A stretch of DNA of 64,000 nucleotides, taken from assembly GCA_024277525.1 (NCBI GenBank), contig JAJRUZ010000087.1, forward strand, positions 4,530-68,529, read 5' to 3'. Below, piece by piece: positions 59,357 to 64,000 of the stretch. Position 1 is the stretch's first letter. Every line of letters starts with the position of its first letter. The translations under genes were made by a program, and so were the position numbers. The stretch comes from a candidate division WOR-3 bacterium (lineage in GTDB: Bacteria > Hydrothermota > Hydrothermia > Hydrothermales > JAJRUZ01). The notes beneath the pieces were generated by a model, which was given only the letters and a program-made list of their open reading frames with translations, was not told the DNA's origin and did no database searches.

Positions 59357-60342
59357 TTCATTTAATTTTCTTATTGCCTCTTTTAAAAGCAGGGACAGGT
59401 GTTTCATATCCTGTTGATTTTCTTGACAGATTTGTTACATGTTCATTTACAAAACCGGAAAAAAAATTCGGTTTTTTTTATGAACTTCCTTCAAATTTAA
59501 GGTTTTTATCAATTATTTATAATAATTTTTCTTTTGAATCCGATGCACAAAGTTTCATTTCCGTGTCAGCAGGAACATATGCAGAGAAAGCTTCTCTTTC
59601 CTTCAGAGGAAAACTTATATTTTTGGATAAAAGATTTGAAGGGGCTGGAATGGGCTTCGGTTTTCTTCAAGCACCCTTGGAAATTTTTTCATTCGGATTC
59701 TATGGAGAAGGAGGTTATTTTCCGAAGGGTAATAGAACCACACTTTATATTCAGGCGGGTGCATCCTTACATAAAAAAGGTTTTGCCATTAACATTGAAC
59801 CTGGATTTACACCGGAAACTCTCGGAGTTAAAACAGGAATTACCTATTTAAAAAAATTAAATTCAAAATATATAAAATCTTTAAAATTATTTTTCGGATT
59901 TCAAATTTTTAAAAAAAGAATGCTTTCAGCAGGAATAAGATTAAAAAGGGAGTTTGAATACTTATGGTTCGGATTCATGGGGAAAAAAGTTTATATCGGA
60001 TTTGCGGTTGATTTTAAGAAAAGGTATGAAATAAGGGAAATTGTTAAAGTAGAGAAAGTTCCGGTGTATATTGAGAAAGAGGAGAAAAAAGAAGAGGTTA
60101 AAAAGAAGAAAAAAAAGAAAAGAATAAAAAAGAAAAAAGAGGAAAAAAAGGTGCAAATTTCTGAAGAAGAATTGGAATATTACTATAAAAAAGGCATAGA
60201 ATATTACAAGATGGAACTTCTTGAAGAAGCCATTAAATCATGGGAAAAAATCATAAAAATTAAGCCGGATTATAAAGATACAAAAAAACTTTATGACCAG
60301 GCGAAAGAACGCCTTGAAAAACTTAAGAGGATATCGGAATGA
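59353..60342 (+). CDS. hypothetical protein: aromatic-rich beta-strand N-terminal region, poly-Lys/Glu linker, C-terminal TPR
   Basis: 329 aa. KEEKKEEVKKKKKKKRIKKKKEEKK low-complexity tract. C-terminus ..YYYKKGIEYYKMELLEEAIKSWEKIIKIKPDY.. TPR-like. Confidence 0.4.
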   Translation: MIHLIFLLPLLKAGTGVSYPVDFLDRFVTCSFTKPEKKFGFFYELPSNLRFLSIIYNNFSFESDAQSFISVSAGTYAEKASLSFRGKLIFLDKRFEGAGMGFGFLQAPLEIFSFGFYGEGGYFPKGNRTTLYIQAGASLHKKGFAINIEPGFTPETLGVKTGITYLKKLNSKYIKSLKLFFGFQIFKKRMLSAGIRLKREFEYLWFGFMGKKVYIGFAVDFKKRYEIREIVKVEKVPVYIEKEEKKEEVKKKKKKKRIKKKKEEKKVQISEEELEYYYKKGIEYYKMELLEEAIKSWEKIIKIKPDYKDTKKLYDQAKERLEKLKRISE

Positions 60343-61445
60343 AAGGATTCGGAACATCATCACATTTGAAGGTTAAAGACAAAACTTATTATATTGAAAC
60401 AAGTTTCTTGCCTACTCAAAATGCTGTAATATCAAAAGTAACAAAAGAAGGTAAAATAATTCTTATAAAAAGGGATGAAATTCATACGGATAAAATTGAT
60501 GAAAAAAAAGCATTTGAGACCATAAAAAATTATCATGAGAATCTTTTGAAGGACCTTAAAGTATGGCTTGAAATAAAAGAAAAAATGGAAGAGGCACCTC
60601 TTGAGATGTATGTGAAATTATGTGAAAAATTGATAAAACTCGGGCTTTTGGAAGAAGCAAAGGAATTAATGGAGGAAAAAATAAAACTTGATGAAAATTA
60701 TGCTCCTGCAAATTTTGTTCTCGGCAAGATCTATTTTGAATTGAAAGATTATGAAAAAAGCAGTTTATATTTTGACAAAGCAATTCAGTTAAAGGATTAT
60801 CCGAATTATCTTATGTGGGGAGCAAGGTGTTACAGGTTTAAAGGTGAATATACAAGAAGTTTATCTTATTTAAAAAAAGCACTTGAAAAGAATCCTTCCT
60901 ATGCTGAGGCTCAATTTGAAATGGGGATGTCCCTGCTTGAACTTTCTTTATCAGGAACAAGTGTTCCTTTCAAATCCATTTTACTTTCCTTTAAAAGTGC
61001 GGAAATTCTTGATCCGAGATTTAAAAATGAAATTTATAAAAAAGGAATGGAACATCTTGAAAAAGGGGAAATACTGGAGGCAAAGGATAAATTCACAGAA
61101 TTCTTTAACATTCTTTCACCACCCGATGTTCACGAAATCCTTGACGAGTTTATTTTACTTTCAAAATACGGTCATGAAGAAAACTATGCTCTTACACTTG
61201 AGGATTATATTCTTAAATTAAAAGAAATAGCAGAAGAGCATCCCGATTATGCGGATGTAAGATTCAATCTTGCTATTGCTTTGCTTTTAAGAATAAAGGC
61301 ACTCTTTGACGATGCGGAAAATGAGTTAAAAAATGCCCTTTCTATAAACCCTGATTATGAGGAGGCGAAAAAAATTTATGAACTATTAAGAAATGAAATT
61401 CAGGGTTATCTCATTTTCATAAAAAGCATAGGGAGGCAGGTATGA
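60339..61445 (+). CDS. TPR-repeat protein
   Basis: 368 aa with multiple 34-residue repeats (..YFDKAIQLKDYPNY.., ..LKKALEKNPSYAEAQFEMG..). Confidence 0.6.
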   Translation: MKGFGTSSHLKVKDKTYYIETSFLPTQNAVISKVTKEGKIILIKRDEIHTDKIDEKKAFETIKNYHENLLKDLKVWLEIKEKMEEAPLEMYVKLCEKLIKLGLLEEAKELMEEKIKLDENYAPANFVLGKIYFELKDYEKSSLYFDKAIQLKDYPNYLMWGARCYRFKGEYTRSLSYLKKALEKNPSYAEAQFEMGMSLLELSLSGTSVPFKSILLSFKSAEILDPRFKNEIYKKGMEHLEKGEILEAKDKFTEFFNILSPPDVHEILDEFILLSKYGHEENYALTLEDYILKLKEIAEEHPDYADVRFNLAIALLLRIKALFDDAENELKNALSINPDYEEAKKIYELLRNEIQGYLIFIKSIGRQV

Positions 61446-63979
61446 TATACTTAATTTTCTTTTTTTTAAATCCGAAAATTGAAAATTATATTTCAAAAGA
61501 AAAATATATGAATTTATGGATTGAACCCCGGCAAAGTATAACATATACTTCTAATATTCTTGAAAAATACGGCTTTCGCATAAGGACGGTCTCTGAATGG
61601 GAAAACAGAGTTTCCGGATATTTTCCTTCTAATTTATTAAGAATAAAAAAAATAAAAAATTTTGTAATATCGGTCAAACCTGTTCTAAGGGGAAAAATCT
61701 ATGAGAGTAAAAGTTTTTATTCTTTTTCTCCCGGAGACTACGGCGATTCTTATGAAGTTTTGAATTTCTTAAATTTAATATCCGCACATAAAAAAGGATT
61801 TATAGGACAAGGGATTTTGATTTCCATATTTGACACAGGATTTGAACTATCACATCCTGCTTTTTTGCACATAAGGGAAGGTGGCAGGGTCAAATTCACA
61901 TATGATTTTAACAGCGGTGATTCCTTATTTCTTATTTACAGAGATGAGGTTTATTCGGTTCCGCATAAAAGAGCTATAGGTTATATCTCGGGAATTGATA
62001 TAGAAAGGGCAAAGGATACATTTTTCATTTTTTATTCCTTCCTTGACGAAAGAGATAATAAAAAAAATCTATGGAAAATCTATGGCACGCATTTTATAAA
62101 CGGGAATTTCACGGGTTTAAAACTGCTTTCTGTTGATACTCTGCCCTCGCTTCTTCCTCATGCCCTGATTATGGATAATCAAATTTACTTAGCAAGTAAA
62201 ATAATCAATAAAAACGGAGAAGAACTTTCATTAACTTTTATTGACAAAGATTTAAACATTGACTCTTCAAAGACCTTAATAGCAGGCACAATAATTAATG
62301 ATTTGGAAATCCTGAAATTCAGCGGTAGGATATTTATATTTTTTGCAGATACAGGTGGTCTGAAAGCATTTGAATTAAACGGTAGTATAAAAAAGTTAGT
62401 AAATAAAGACATATCAGGGTTTAACTACGAAATAAAAGGGGATTCAATATTTATAATTTATGAAACTTTTGATCTTACGCCTTCTTTGGGTATAGCAGTT
62501 TTTGATACTTTACTAAATCTTCTAAAAGACACAATATTTGATAGGGGATTTTCTCCTGAAATTTCAATAAGAAATGATACAATAAATACTCTTTTTATAA
62601 AAGGTATGAAAAGGGATACTTTGTATGAAACTAAATTTTCCTTTTCTTTAAATTTAATAAATAAAAAAATAATTGATACCGGATTTTTCATTAAATCACC
62701 GAAATATTTATCAATACAAGGGCAATCATACATATACTATGCAAAACACGGAATTATTTACTCATATAAAAACGGATTGATTGATTCAACATTTGAATAT
62801 TTTGTTGATTTAATAGAAACAGGAAATGATGTTTTAGTTTACAGAAGAAGAGGAGATAGGGGTGTAGAAATTAATCCTCTAACCGATTATGCAAGGTTTG
62901 ATTATCCGGGTGTATTGCATGGTACAAGAATGCTTGCTTTAATAGGGGGGTATGCATCGGGGGAAATGATAGGGACTGCACCCGGAGCGGATTTCCTTTT
63001 ATTTAAAACAGAAAGGATAAGAACAGTAGAAGGTCAGGAAGTATTTGAACATAGGCTCGAGGAGGATTTCTGGGTTGAAGCACTTGAACTTTCTCAAAGG
63101 TTCGGAGCAAAAATCGTATCATCTTCCTTGGGTTATTCTGACTGGTATACAAAGGAAGACATGGATGGAAAGACAGCAATATCATCAAAAGCTGCTTCAA
63201 AAGCTTTATCAAAAGGGATACTGGTTGTTACCGCTGCGGGAAATCTTACAAGTCCTCATCCTGATTTAACAAAACCGGACACAACAATAGTTGCTCCGGG
63301 AGATGCGGATTCTGTATTGACTGTAGGGGGATGTTATCTTGATGGTTCAATATGGGAAAATTCTGCATTCGGTCCGAGTGCAGACGGAAGAATAAAACCT
63401 GATATAGTTGCTCCGTATAGAAGTGTAAGTGTGGATATATATTTAACTTCTACAGGTGATACCTTATACGGATACGGAGAAGGTTCGGGTACATCTATTG
63501 CAACTGCTTTAATTGCAGGATTTGCAGCAACATGTCTTTCAGCCCATCCTGAATGGGATGTGAAAAAATTATATAAAATTATAAGAAAGACAGCAAATAA
63601 AGCAGATAATCCGGATAATATATACGGTTACGGTGTCCCGGATGCTTTAGAGGTAATAAATTATGAGCAAATCAGTATTCCTGCCAAAGAAGGAGAGAAT
63701 TCCAGAATTATTTCCCTTTATCCTAATCCTGTTAAGGGTAGTAAAATAAAGATTGAATATGTAATAAATGAATCAATAACTCCTCTTTCCTTTAAATTCT
63801 TTACGCCTTCCGGTAAAAAAATTTTAGAAATAAGTTATTTTATAAAACCGCTCGGTAGGTATAAGGATGTAATTTATTTAAAAACAAGGAACGGGAAAGA
63901 GTTTCCCCCTGGTTTTTACATTTTGGTAATGGAGACAAGTAGCACAAAGGATTATTACAAATTTGTTGTAGAAAAATAA
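61442..63979 (+). CDS. subtilisin-like (S8) serine protease with C-terminal T9SS-type sorting domain
   Basis: Catalytic Asp (ISIFDTGFE), His (VLHGTRMLALIGG) and Ser (GTSIATALIAGFAA). C-terminal about 85 aa match the T9SS CTD pattern (LYPNPVKGSKIKIEY...PGFYILVMETSS...YKFVVEK). Confidence 0.8.
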   Translation: MIYLIFFFLNPKIENYISKEKYMNLWIEPRQSITYTSNILEKYGFRIRTVSEWENRVSGYFPSNLLRIKKIKNFVISVKPVLRGKIYESKSFYSFSPGDYGDSYEVLNFLNLISAHKKGFIGQGILISIFDTGFELSHPAFLHIREGGRVKFTYDFNSGDSLFLIYRDEVYSVPHKRAIGYISGIDIERAKDTFFIFYSFLDERDNKKNLWKIYGTHFINGNFTGLKLLSVDTLPSLLPHALIMDNQIYLASKIINKNGEELSLTFIDKDLNIDSSKTLIAGTIINDLEILKFSGRIFIFFADTGGLKAFELNGSIKKLVNKDISGFNYEIKGDSIFIIYETFDLTPSLGIAVFDTLLNLLKDTIFDRGFSPEISIRNDTINTLFIKGMKRDTLYETKFSFSLNLINKKIIDTGFFIKSPKYLSIQGQSYIYYAKHGIIYSYKNGLIDSTFEYFVDLIETGNDVLVYRRRGDRGVEINPLTDYARFDYPGVLHGTRMLALIGGYASGEMIGTAPGADFLLFKTERIRTVEGQEVFEHRLEEDFWVEALELSQRFGAKIVSSSLGYSDWYTKEDMDGKTAISSKAASKALSKGILVVTAAGNLTSPHPDLTKPDTTIVAPGDADSVLTVGGCYLDGSIWENSAFGPSADGRIKPDIVAPYRSVSVDIYLTSTGDTLYGYGEGSGTSIATALIAGFAATCLSAHPEWDVKKLYKIIRKTANKADNPDNIYGYGVPDALEVINYEQISIPAKEGENSRIISLYPNPVKGSKIKIEYVINESITPLSFKFFTPSGKKILEISYFIKPLGRYKDVIYLKTRNGKEFPPGFYILVMETSSTKDYYKFVVEK

Positions 63980-64000
63980 AGGATGAAGATAAAGAGGGTT

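Overview
This is a 64-kb, AT-rich, gene-dense stretch of bacterial chromosome. It holds about 66 protein-coding genes, mostly housekeeping, and I found no rRNA, tRNA, CRISPR array or obvious transposase. The organism appears to be a diderm: it encodes LptC, LptA, LptB, an MsbA-like exporter and an outer-membrane protein with an Omp85-like C-terminus. The last gene ends in a T9SS-type sorting domain, which points to an FCB-group-like, probably uncultivated lineage, but I cannot place it from sequence alone.

Recognisable blocks, in order:
- A partial ribosomal spc operon (rpsE, rpmD, rplO, secY, adk, map, infA), followed by queA.
- fmt, def and yajC.
- A fused rplM-rpsI-rpsB-tsf cluster.
- rtcB.
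- thiD.
- rpsU, mutS2, dnaG and rpoD.
- grpE, dnaK and dnaJ.
- A long minus-strand run: carboxyltransferase, dtd, DUF763, a giant MCP-like/SBP fusion, a Memo-like protein, hslU, two DUF35 proteins, two thiolase-like proteins, comF, a radical SAM protein and a Lon-like protease.
- Polysaccharide export genes, thiE and ispE.
- lptC, lptA, lptB, rpoN, msbA-like and lipA.
- A STAS / PP2C partner-switching pair followed by TPR proteins and an S8 protease.

I did not find a single self-evident multi-gene defence island. What stands out is a set of local anomalies:
- A retropepsin-type aspartic protease gene sits tightly between rpmD and rplO inside the ribosomal operon.
- A 51-aa HicB-like (UPF0150) ORF lies directly upstream of rtcB and is missing from the ORF track.
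- A 331-bp segment bounded by a perfect 15-bp inverted repeat occupies the place where pyrH-frr normally follows tsf.
- A 1038-aa protein fuses a chemoreceptor-like signalling motif to a family-5 solute-binding domain.
- A 920-aa outer-membrane protein combines a gluzincin domain, a TolB-like propeller and a beta-barrel.
- Two thiolase-fold paralogs appear to have lost catalytic residues and sit next to two DUF35 proteins.
- A Lon-related protease carries an apparently degenerate Walker A motif.

All functional calls come from motif recognition by eye. No database search was run.
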